Assembly (NCBI GenBank): GCA_030390025.1
Contig: CM059432.1
Span: forward strand, 132,682,001 to 132,746,000
DNA length: 64,000 nt
Origin: Squalus acanthias
Taxonomy: Eukaryota
Reading direction: 5' to 3'
Below, piece after piece: positions 12,393-22,794 of the stretch (positions within the stretch are counted from its first letter, which is position 1; every line of letters starts with the position of its first letter). A program made the translations under genes and the position numbers. The notes below the pieces were generated by a model, which saw nothing but the letters and a program-made list of their open reading frames with translations, searched no databases and was not told the DNA's origin.

Positions 12393-12822
12393 AAGTTGCA
12401 TTTATATAGTGCCTTTCAGTTCCTCAGGAGGTCCCAAGTACTTCATAGCTAATTGATGACTATTTGAGGTGTAGTCACAGTTGTTTTATTGACAAACGAG
12501 CAGCCAACTTTCACACAGCAATGAGATGAATGACCAGTTTTTTGGCGGTACTGGTTGTTGGATGATATTTGGCCAGGGCAATAGAATTCCTTGCTTTTTC
12601 TTCAGAAAATGGTGGCATGGGATCTTTTACATCCACCTGAACAGGCAGATTGGACTTCAATTGAGCATCCCATCTGAAAGACGGGACCTGTGACATTGCA
12701 GCACTCTCTCAGTACTGTACAGAGGTATCAGTCTAGATTATATGATCAAGTCCTGGATTGAGGATTGAATCTACAAACTTCTGATTTAGAGTTGAGATGT
12801 TGCCCTGAGCCTAGCTGACACT
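12393..12822 (-). mobile_element. Deu-domain SINE, older copy
   Basis: Diverged reverse-complement match to 14087-14520, from tail to head (gctgacac). Confidence 0.75.
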
Positions 12823-14085
12823 TGCACCTACTGTGTCCCTAGGAAGAGCTTAAACCTATAGTTATTAGTTGTCTAATGACCAACTTATGATTATTCTCAC
12901 TGGGGGTGGGGGGGGGGAGGGGGAGATGTCTTTGGGGTCAAAGTGGCTCCAAGTTGACACACCTGGTGATGAAAGATCAAAATAAGGTCAACCCTCTGTG
13001 GCAGACTCAGTAATCCCATACCTGGGCCAGGTAGGTCCACAGTACTCTGAGGTACTGTTGATTGACTAGCCAGCCTAACTGATTCATGGGAACTTGAGAG
13101 GTAGGCCTGTTACTGAGAGCTGTGATTGTTCACACTTTAATTTCAGACTAATTTCCTGGTTGTTGAGATACTAAACCGTGATTGTTGCTGCTTTGCTGTG
13201 ATTAGTTCAAAACCACACACTAAACATGGGGAATAGAGGGAAACATGGGGATGCTGCCTAGTTTGTTTCCCCAATTGGTGCACCCTTATGTCTTGGCTTG
13301 AGATGTAAAACACAAGGGTGCCTCATCAGGATTATGCTTCGCCATTTTTCTAACTGCAATTAGATAGCTATGTGGCAGTAGAGGTCAGCATGCCTATTTA
13401 GTGGAAGTTTCTGAAGGGAAGTTGGCATGCTGGATTAGCATGAGTGGTTTGGTTTGCTGCTAGCCTGCTAAACAGATGTGGACATCAAACATCTAACCAT
13501 GGAGCTTCTCTTCACAAGATGTGTATTTGTTTGGGGATTAATGCTTGAAAGAGATGTATTTCTCTCCTAGAATAATGGAAGCTCAACTTCTAAAGCAAGA
13601 TGCTTACAGTTCCTTTTTACTCTCTGTACCTCCGCTCTCCTCAAGATACTGACTGTTGCTGGGGCATAGTTCCATAGGCACAGGCAACACTTTGATGCCT
13701 CATCTGGGTGGCTGTTCATGGGTTGGCCTGGGTAGTAAGTGCGGCTATTGAGAGCTACTACTCGCATAGGCATGATAGGCCGAATGGTCTCCTCCTGTGC
13801 CATAATCACTGTTTTTTATGTTGTATGTTATAAATAATGCCATATCTATCTATTCAGAAATTCCTTGCAATTGGTGACAAACAAGGCCATAGAGCCCCAA
13901 ATTTCTGACAGGTAGAATTTCACCTCCATGGTGACTCTGCTTGGCCAGGCTCAGTTTGGTTGTTAGTCAACTGACCACCTATGGCCCTCATACATTCTGT
14001 CTTGTGTGTTATTAATCTCTAAATATTTTTTTTGGCCCTAGGGCTTTTTAACAGAAATATCAAGGCCACCAGCAACTGTCACCAG

Positions 14086-14522
14086 TGTCAGCTGTGGCAC
14101 AGTGGGCAGCACTCTCGCCTCTGAGTCAGAAGGTTGTGGGTTCATAGTCCCACTCCAGAGGCTTGAGCACAAAATTGTAGGCTGACACTCCCAGTGCAGT
14201 ACTGAGATGCCGTCTTTTGGATGAGACGTTAAACCGAGGTCCCGTCTGCCTCTCAGGTGGATGTAAAAGATCCCATGGCACTATTTCGAAGAAGAGCAGG
14301 GGAGTTATCCCCGGTGTCCTGGCCAATAATTATCCCTCAAATCAACATCACTAAAACAGATTATCTGGTCATTATCACATTGCTGTTTGTGGGAGCTTGC
14401 TATGTGCAAATTGGCTGCTGCGTTTCCTACATTACCTACACTTCAAAAGTACTTCATTGGCTGTAAAGCACTTTGGGACGTCCTGGGGTCATGAAAGGCG
14501 CTATATAAATGCAAGTCTTTTT
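14086..14522 (+). mobile_element. Near full-length tRNA-derived Deu-domain SINE (SacSINE1-like)
   Basis: A box tggcacagtgg, B-box-like gggttcatagtccc, Deu core ttaaaccgaggtcccgtctg..gtaaaagatcccatggcact..ggtgtcctggccaa, L2-type tail aaggcgctatataaatgcaagt. Confidence 0.9.
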
Positions 14523-16009
14523 TGGATATACAACTTTGCCCTTAAAGTGACACAATGGTTGTGTTCAACAATGCAAAGTTAATATGGTAGCAGGAAATGG
14601 AAAGATCAGAATGACATCAATCACATTATAGTTGCATTTCTATTCTGTTTGTCTGCTGAAAACCCCATATAAATGTTGTCTTTTTTAATTGCAGTCCTCT
14701 CTATAATGTTGTCTATGAAAGTCATGGGAAGAAATGTGGTATAATCAGGACTGCATTATAAAGATGGAGCCTTATATGGTTTCACAATTAGCAAGGGAGC
14801 CATAAACCATGCATGTTTTCTTCAGAAAGTGTTCCGATGGGAAAGACTAGGTTCTAAGCAATTTCTGAGATGACTGTGCTGCAAACAAATTTCAACACAG
14901 GTTTTACAGCCACTGAGCAGAGATAAAAAATTTAAAAAGTAATTACTGAAGTCGAAGTTATAATTTATTATGTTAAGTGACTAAGGAGATCGTTGCACAC
15001 TTTAATGGAGTGTCTGTTTAATTTGCCCTTCTATAGCTTACATTTTTCATTGGCATCCTTCAGGCAATATTGGTTCTCAGCTGACGTGGAGCTGACAGGG
15101 AATAATTCCTTCTTGTATACGTAATTTCGTCTAGCTTGCAGCACCAGCGCTTTTACATTGTGCTGTGACTCGGTGGGTTGTGTATCCGTTAAACGCACAC
15201 GTTTATTCCATGCCCAATTCATTCACTGAGAATCTCCAAGCATCTAGATATCTGTGCTATAGGTTTTAGTTCTCTAATTATAACAAGTTAACGATAATGC
15301 ACAAAAAATCCTCAATCTCCTTCGGTTTTTCCAGTTTAATTCTTTATGAGGTAAGAAGGCAAACATTAACATCAACATTAGCAATGGATGCACAATGTAC
15401 AGTTTCATTAATAATGTAACCATAGATGTTGTTACATTTGCGTTAATGCATATCATGTTGTTTCATGGCACCAAACAGAATGCTTCTGAAATCTCCCAGT
15501 GTTTGGCAAAGCAATCTCAAGGAGCGAGATATTTTAGCCTCCTATTGTTACCTTTTTATTAAAATGTCAAATTTCATTACCTTAACTTTTACCAAACCAA
15601 ATCCAACTTGTAAAGTAACAAGATTTTAGCCTCGAAGGAGTGATGCCATTAAGGGGGAAACATTTCCTATGCAGGTGGATGCAATGAAAACGTAAACACA
15701 TTTCGCCACACCCAGAGTCAGAGGAAATCTTCCTCCACTGTTTGCAAAAACTCCACAAGAAAGCTATTCTTGTTTTACTTGCATTACCTCACCGTGCTTC
15801 CCGTCCTGTTAATACCGATTGGACTGGTGAATGGATGGATGGAAAGCACCACCACCGAATCCTTCTTTCATGTAGGGAGGAAGAAAATAAAGGGACCCAA
15901 CCAGACATCTTTAACGTTCTAAGCTCATGATCAGTGACTGAATGACAAATGTTAAAGCGCAGTTTTTTATCACAGGGTGAGATGCAACCAGAAGAAAATT
16001 GGCTAAACA

Positions 16010-16240
16010 GCAACAACAACTTGTATTTATATCGCACCTTTAACACAGTAAAACGTCCCAAGGTGCTTCACAGGAGTACAATCAGATAGAAAGTGACAAC
16101 AAGCCAAAGAAGGAGACGTCAGGACAGGTGACCAAAAGCTTGTTCAAAGAGGTAGGTTTTAAGCAGCGTCTTAAAGGAGGAGAGAGAGGTGGAGAGACGA
16201 AGAGGTTTGGGGAGGGAATTCCAGAGCTTAGGGCCCAGAC
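16010..16240 (-). mobile_element. L2 LINE 3' end
   Basis: (caa)n followed by the reverse complement of the L2 tail. Confidence 0.8.
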
Positions 16241-18065
16241 GCTTAGGGCTGAAGGTTCTTTTCGTTGGCAGTTAATGGAAAAATAACTCTGCTAATTTTA
16301 TCTTGAGTTCACATGCCAATGATAAGAGTGCAGGGAAAAGAAATGTCACTTATTACTTTCCTGTAACTGGGCAAAGAGAATTGCTAATGAAGGATTGTAC
16401 TGTATTGTACTGAAGTAGGAAGACACATGTCTACAATGTACCTAATCCTCCCTTAACTTCATCTACACTTGTTTGGTTTGTTATTATATTAGCCCTATTC
16501 CTACTAGAGTGTCCACAACAGGGTCAATTTGGTGTGGATTCAATTGCAGAATAAACATGATAGTATAACCCTTCACATTGCTGTAACACTCACCTGTCTG
16601 GTTGTAGCATTCAAGCTAGTATAATACCCATTAAAACACTACTCTGAAACCACTCGAACTCGTACAGAGTCAAAGGGGGCAATTTTCCCACTGAGGCGGG
16701 TTTCGGTTTGGGTGGGTTCCAAACCCGCCTCCGCTGATAGGTTTGAAAAAATTGCTATTTTCCCATAATTGGCCAGTTGATTTCAGAGGTGTGGGATGCC
16801 CTTGGTCAATTAGTGTTTTGGGACTGAAACTCACCTCTGCTGACGTCACTTTTCCAGCCTCTTTTAAGGGCTGCTTGCTGTCTTGGATCATTCCACTGGA
16901 GTTCTGTCGATGCTGCACCACCTGCAACATCTTCTGAGAAACCACTATGTCCAAATTCAAGGTAAGGGCCTCCCCGAGGCTCTCGGGTGAAGCACTGCAA
17001 ATGTTGCTTGAGGGGGTGAGAGCTAGCAGCGAGGTGCTCTTCCCCTCATCTGGGAGGAAGAGGCCTATCAAAGAAACCAAGGCTGTGTAAGCATCGGAGC
17101 AGGCCCCAAGGATTTGTATGATTGTTACTGCTGTTCGACCAGCAGTCTGTTTGGCCCAGTGGTAGGGGCGTGGTGCAGTTGGACCTAGAAGCACAGACAC
17201 ACCTGTGAGTTCAATTTAACTATGGAAAAGACATTTGCTTTGGACAATGAGCATCTCGATAGGTGATTTAACTGTGAATAGGTGATTTAACTTTGGACAA
17301 TGAGACTTCGTGTTTTAATGGGTTTCAATGGATCTTCAATTGGATAAGACAACGATGCCAGTTTCGCTGGAACAATAGACTTCCTTGCCTCAAAGAAAAA
17401 CACTTTAACCTTGGGCAAAACACATCAGCAGTAAGACTACATCAAATCAAATATGTACCACAGGGAGGGGGAGACAAGATGAGGAATTGTCTTCCATCCC
17501 CCAGCCCTGTACATGTCCTGTGGTTTGGATTACTGGGTGTGTATTGGAATACAAGAGTTGGGGGAAGGCCCAGACTCGAAAAGGCACCAGACAAAGAAGG
17601 GTGATTTAAAAGATATCACTGCAATACACAGACTGGAAGGAACTTTTAGGGTATACAGAGAAGGCAGCTTTGGGCATTCTCTCTCTCTCTCGCTTGCTCT
17701 AAACCACCACGAGCGACAAGAGCCTTGCCTTGCTCTTCGACTGTAGGAACGAACCTCGAAACTGGGACTTGGATACTGCATCGGTGATATGGAACCAGGA
17801 GACACGCTCTACACAGGGGAGCAGCGAGCAAGAAACCGGACAATCGGGGTGAGCATTGTCCAAGCCCACGCATCCTTAAGACCACCGGTACTGTGTGAGG
17901 GGGTGTTGTGTGTCCCAACCAATCCAGAGGGGCTTAGTGGGGAGGTTCTGTGTGTATTATATAGTGTATGTTCCGGGGTTTGTGGACAAGTCCATGTTAT
18001 ACTCTGTATAGCAAAAATGAGAAGTCGCACAACACCAGGTTATAGTCCAACAGATTTATTTAATT

Positions 18066-18104
18066 TTACAAGCTTTTGGAGCAGTTCGCTCCTTCGTCAG
18101 GTAA
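18066..18104 (-). ncRNA. Hammerhead ribozyme motif, left arm, core G12 changed to A
   Basis: Reads ttac-ctgacga-aggagcgaactgctcc-AAAA-gctt-gtaa on the minus strand. Confidence 0.65.
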
Positions 18105-18326
18105 GTTTAGCAGTGAGAGAATCTCCCAGAATTCACAATTTAAACACAGACAAAATATATTCAAATCTTTCCCACATCAAAGAGCATAGCCAAGACAATG
18201 AGATGTGTCCCAGGGGGTCCAACGTGTCAAACCACCTGCTGGCTGCATATCCTGTCAATCTGTGTAGGTTCTTGTGTTAGCCTTTTTAAAAAAAAAACAC
18301 CTGGGAAGACCGGCCATGATGTCAAG

Positions 18327-20072
18327 TCACGTTCTGTATCGTGACATGAACCCGATATCGCGATTGAGGCCCTCCTCATGAGTGCGGAACTTGGCTATCA
18401 GTTTCTGCTCTATGATTTTGCGCTGTCGTGTATTTCGAAGGCCGCCTTGGAGAACGCTTACCCGCATATCCGAGGCTGAATGCCCCTGGCTGCTGAAGTG
18501 TTCCCCGACTGGGAGGCAACCCTCCTGCCTGGCGATTGTTGCGCGGTGTCCGTTCATACATTGTCTCAGTGTCTGCATGGTCTCGCCGATGTACCATGCT
18601 CTGGAGCATCCTTTACTGCAACGTATCAGGTAGACAACGTTGGCCGAGTCACATGAGTATGTACCGTGTACCTGGTGGGTAGTGTCCTCACGTGTGATGA
18701 TGGTATCTGTGTCCATGATTTGGCATGTCTTGCAGAGGTTGCCGTGGCAGGGTTGTGTGGTGTCTTGGTTGCTGTTCGCCTGAAAGATGGGTAATCTGCT
18801 GCGAACGATGGTACTTTTGAGGTTAGGCGGCTGCTTGAAGGCGAGTAGTGGAGGCGTGGGGATGGCCTTCGCAAGGTGTTCATCGTCATCGATGACATGT
18901 TGAAGGCTGCGAAGAACATGGCGTAGTTTTTCCGCTCCGGGGAAGTACTGGACGACGTAGGGTACTCTGTTGGTTGTGTCCCGTGTTCGTCTTCTGAGGA
19001 GGTCTATGCGGTTTTTCGCTGTGGCCCGTCGGAACTGTCGATCGACGAGTCGAGCGTCATATCCCGTTCTTACGAGGGCGTCTTTCAGTGTCCGTAGGTG
19101 TCCATCGCGTTCCTCCTCATCTGAGCAGATCCTGTGTATTCGCAGGGCTTGTCCATAGGGGATGGCTTCTTTAACGTGGTTAGGGTGGAAGCTGGAGAAG
19201 TGGAGCATCGTGAGGTTGTCCGTGGGCTTGCGGTAGAGTGAAGTGCTGAGGCGTCCGTCTTTGATGGAGATTCGTGTGTCCAAGAATGAAACCGATTCTG
19301 AGGAGTAGTCCATGGTGAGTTTGATGGTGGGATGGAACCTGTTGATGCTATCGTGTAGTCCTTTCAGTGATCCTTCGCCGTGGGTCCAAAGGAAGAAGAT
19401 GTCGTCGATGTATCTGGTGTACAGCGTTGGTTGGAGGTCCTGTGCAGCGAAGAAGTCTTGCTCGAACTTGTGCATGAAGATGTTGGCATATTGGGGTGCG
19501 AATTTGGTCCCCATGGCTGTTCCGTGTGTTTGGGTAAAAAAATGGTTGTCGAAGGTGAAGACATTGTGGTCAAGGATGAAGCGGATGAGTTGTAGGATGG
19601 CGTCCGGAGATTGGCTGTTGTTGGTGTTGAGTACTGAGGCTGTCGCAGCGATGCCGTCATTGTGGGGGATATTGGTGTAGAGTGCCGATACGTCCATTGT
19701 GACGAGGAGTGTTCCTGGTTCAACTGGTCCATGGGTGCTGAGTTTCTGCAAGAAGTCTGTAGTGTCGCGACAGAAGCTGGGGGTTCCCTGTACGATGGGT
19801 TTCAGGATGCCCTCGACGTACCCAGAGAGGTTCTCACACAGGGTTCCGTTGCCTGATACGATAGGACGTCCGGGTGTGTTGGCTTTGTGTATCTTTGGGA
19901 GGAAGTAAAAGTCTCCTACGCGGGGAGTACGTGGGATGAGAGCGCGTAGGATGTTTTGAAGGTCTGGATCGAAGGTCTTGATCAGTCTATTGAGTTGGCG
20001 GGTGTGTTCTTTGGTCGGATCTGCGGGTAGCTGTCTGTAGTGTTCCTGGTTGTCCAGTTGTCGGTATGCTTC
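18327..20072 (-). CDS. Penelope RT + GIY-YIG endonuclease, 5'-truncated open frame (left arm)
   Basis: TMDVSALYTNIP, GTAMGTKFAP, RYIDD, Cys linker PCHGNLCKTC, VVY..WYIGET; no stops; the N-terminal ~35 aa of the 616-aa ORF call is antisense read-through. Confidence 0.9.
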   Translation of the reverse strand, partial: EAYRQLDNQEHYRQLPADPTKEHTRQLNRLIKTFDPDLQNILRALIPRTPRVGDFYFLPKIHKANTPGRPIVSGNGTLCENLSGYVEGILKPIVQGTPSFCRDTTDFLQKLSTHGPVEPGTLLVTMDVSALYTNIPHNDGIAATASVLNTNNSQSPDAILQLIRFILDHNVFTFDNHFFTQTHGTAMGTKFAPQYANIFMHKFEQDFFAAQDLQPTLYTRYIDDIFFLWTHGEGSLKGLHDSINRFHPTIKLTMDYSSESVSFLDTRISIKDGRLSTSLYRKPTDNLTMLHFSSFHPNHVKEAIPYGQALRIHRICSDEEERDGHLRTLKDALVRTGYDARLVDRQFRRATAKNRIDLLRRRTRDTTNRVPYVVQYFPGAEKLRHVLRSLQHVIDDDEHLAKAIPTPPLLAFKQPPNLKSTIVRSRLPIFQANSNQDTTQPCHGNLCKTCQIMDTDTIITREDTTHQVHGTYSCDSANVVYLIRCSKGCSRAWYIGETMQTLRQCMNGHRATIARQEGCLPVGEHFSSQGHSASDMRVSVLQGGLRNTRQRKIIEQKLIAKFRTHEEGLNRDIGFMSRYRT

Positions 20073-20079
20073 AAACCAG

Positions 20080-21890
20080 TTGTCATCAAACCAGCGGACA
20101 AAGGAGGAGCCATCGTCATACAGAACAGAATGGACTATTGCAAAGAAGCATACCGACAACTGGACAACCAGGAACACTACAGACAGCTACCCGCAGATCC
20201 GACCAAAGAACACACCCGCCAACTCAATAGACTGATCAAGACCTTCGATCCAGACCTTCAAAACATCCTACGCGCTCTCATCCCACGTACTCCCCGCGTA
20301 GGAGACTTTTACTGCCTCCCAAAGATACACAAAGCCAACACACCCGGACGTCCTATCGTATCAGGCAACGGAACCCTGTGTGAGAACCTCTCTGGGTACG
20401 TCGAGGGCATCCTGAAACCCATCGTACAGGGAACCCCCAGCTTCTGTCGCGACATTACAGACATCTTGCAGAAACTCAGCACCCATGGACCAGTTGAACC
20501 AGGAACACTCCTCGTCACGATGGACGTATCGGCACTCTACACCAATATCCCCCACAATGACGGCATCGCTGCGACAGCCTCAGTACTCAACACCAACAAC
20601 AGCCAATCTCCGGACGCCATCCTACAACTCATCCGCTTCATCCTTGACCACAATGTCTTCACCTTCGACAACCATTTTTTTACCCAAACACACGGAACAG
20701 CCATGGGGACCAAATTCGCACCCCAATATGCCAACATCTTCATGCACAAGTTCGAGCAAGACTTCTTCGCTGCACAGGACCTCCAACCAACGCTGTACAC
20801 CAGATACATCGACGACATCTTCTTCCTTTGGACCCACGGCGAAGGATCACTGAAAGGACTACACGATAGCATCAACAGGTTCCATCCCACCATCAAACTC
20901 ACCATGGACTACTCCTCAGAATCGGTTTCATTCTTGGACACACGAATCTCCATCAAAGACGGACGCCTCAGCACTTCACTCTACCGCAAGCCCACGGACA
21001 ACCTCACGATGCTCCACTTCTCCAGCTTCCACCCTAACCACGTTAAAGAAGCCATCCCCTATGGACAAGCCCTGCGAATACACAGGATCTGCTCAGACGA
21101 GGAGGAACGCGATGGACACCTACGGACACTGAAAGATGCCCTCGTAAGAACGGGATATGACGCTCGACTCGTCGATCGACAGTTCCGACGGGCCACAGCG
21201 AAAAACCGCATAGACCTCCTCAGAAGACGAACACGGGACACAACCAACAGAGTACCCTACGTCGTCCAGTACTTCCCCGGAGCGGAAAAACTACGCCATG
21301 TTCTTCGCAGCCTTCAACATGTCATCGATGACGACGAACACCTTGCTAAGGCCATCCCCACGCCTCCACTACTCGCCTTCAAGCAGCCGCCTAACCTCAA
21401 AAGTACCATCGTTCGCAGCAGATTACCCATCTTTCAGGCGAACAGCAACCAAGACACCACACAACCCTGCCACGGCAACCTCTGCAAGACATGCCAAATC
21501 ATGGACACAGATACCATCATCACACGTGAGGACACTACCCACCAGGTACACGGTACATACTCATGTGACTCGGCCAACGTTGTCTACCTGATACGTTGCA
21601 GTAAAGGATGCTCCAGAGCATGGTACATCGGCGAGACCATGCAGACACTGAGACAATGTATGAACGGACACCGCGCAACAATCGCCAGGCAGGAGGGTTG
21701 CCTCCCAGTCGGGGAACACTTCAGCAGCCAGGGGCATTCAGCCTCGGATATGCGGGTAAGCGTTCTCCAAGGCGGCCTTCGAAATACACGACAGCGCAAA
21801 ATCATAGAGCAGAAACTGATAGCCAAGTTCCGCACTCATGAGGAGGGCCTCAATCGCGATATCGGGTTCATGTCACGATACAGAACGTGA
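20080..21890 (+). CDS. Penelope RT + GIY-YIG endonuclease, 5'-truncated open frame (right arm)
   Basis: Begins at VIKPADKGG (DKG motif), same motifs as the left arm; first in-frame ATG at 20130. Confidence 0.9.
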
Positions 21891-22112
21891 CTTGACATCA
21901 TGGCCGGTCTTCCCAGGTGTTTTTTTTTTAAAAAGGCTTACACAAGAACCTACACAGATTGACAGGATATGCAGCCAGCAGGTGGTTTGACACGTTGGAC
22001 CCCCTGGGACACATCTCATTGTCTTGGCTATGCTCTTTGATGTGGGAAAGATTTGAATATATTTTGTCTGTGTTTAAATTGTGAATTCTGGGAGATTCTC
22101 TCACTGCTAAAC

Positions 22113-22151
22113 TTACCTGACGAAGGAGCGAACTGCTCCGAAAGCTTGTAA
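22113..22151 (+). ncRNA. Minimal type I hammerhead ribozyme in Penelope pLTR (right arm)
   Basis: ttac-CTGACGA-a-GGAGC gaact GCTCC-GAAA-gctt-gtaa: intact core boxes, 5-bp stem II, ttac/gtaa stem I, palindromic aagctt in place of stem III. Confidence 0.8.
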
Positions 22152-22794
22152 AATTAAATAAATCTGTTGGACTATAACCTGGTGTTGTGCGACTTCTCAT
22201 TTTTGTCCACCCCAGTCCAACGCCGGCATCTCCACATCATGATCTGTATAGCAACACAGTGTGATTTTAGGCGTCTTAATACGAGACAGGGGCCTGTTCG
22301 ACGGGCCAAGTTGTATTTTACTGTTTGTTTTACGCCACCAGGCATTTTACGTACTGGAGGCGGGTGTGTGTGTTAACCTTATTAAACACCGTACGGTTGA
22401 GTCCAAAAAGCTTGTCTGCGTTCCAATCCTGTTCACCGTAATTCCTGTCGTATAGAACTAAGTAGGAGAGGTGATTCGAACCACCAAAGCAAACCACCTA
22501 CAGCTGTGTGGGTGCAGCTGGCAAGGGATATAACCTCCAGATCTGTGTGCAGATTGGGTGAATGTTTATGTGTATTGATGAAATGCCATCCATGTTGGAA
22601 AGTATTAAAATGATTTGATGGCAAAATGTTGGTGTCATGGCATCTGTTCTTTCGCCTTAGGCAGCTCCACATTGCGGGCATCGTGACACTTGCGTTGTGA
22701 GGTTGGTGGCCAGAGTGAAAGGAGGCCAGAGAGTCGTGTCCATTGTCTATGATGTCTCAAGATGGAGCCAAGGACATGTGCCAACATGGGCAAC

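Larger units (their letters stand above)
18012..22242. mobile_element. Head-to-head palindromic Penelope-like retroelement (Neptune-like)
   Basis: Inverted arms 18012-20072 and 20145-22205, 72-nt spacer, ~37-nt tail on the right only, TSD tctgtatagcaa at 18003-18014 and 22243-22254. Confidence 0.97.
17086..22502. mobile_element. Solo LTR of about 1.18 kb (17086-18014 + 22255-22502), Gypsy- or ERV-type
   Basis: TGTA...TACA termini and exact 4-bp TSD GCTG (17082-17085, 22503-22506); removal restores the Myb frame; attaaa at 22381 may be a polyA signal. Confidence 0.8.
16947..22545 (+). pseudogene. Harbinger A Myb/SANT exon 1, split by the LTR (16947-17085 + 22507-~22545), remainder deleted
   Basis: Rejoined frame MSKFKVRASPRLSGEALQMLLEGVRASSEVLFPSSGRKRPIKETKA|VWVQLARDITSRSV aligns with exon 1 at 48022. 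Confidence 0.8.

Noticed and set aside
14086..14160. tRNA gene
   Set aside because: It is the tRNA-derived head of a SINE and continues into the Deu domain
15031..15222. 63-aa minus-strand ORF as a host exon
   Set aside because: No recognisable homology and no convincing acceptor; cannot be supported from sequence alone
17293..18280. ORFs in the LTR as gag or env remnants
   Set aside because: No retroviral motifs; the longest one simply runs into the Penelope arm
20040..20177. Two overlapping 616-aa ORFs with the same N-terminus MFLVVQLSVCF as a bidirectional gene pair
   Set aside because: The N-termini are GTG-started antisense read-through across the palindrome junction; both frames are 5'-truncated Penelope ORFs
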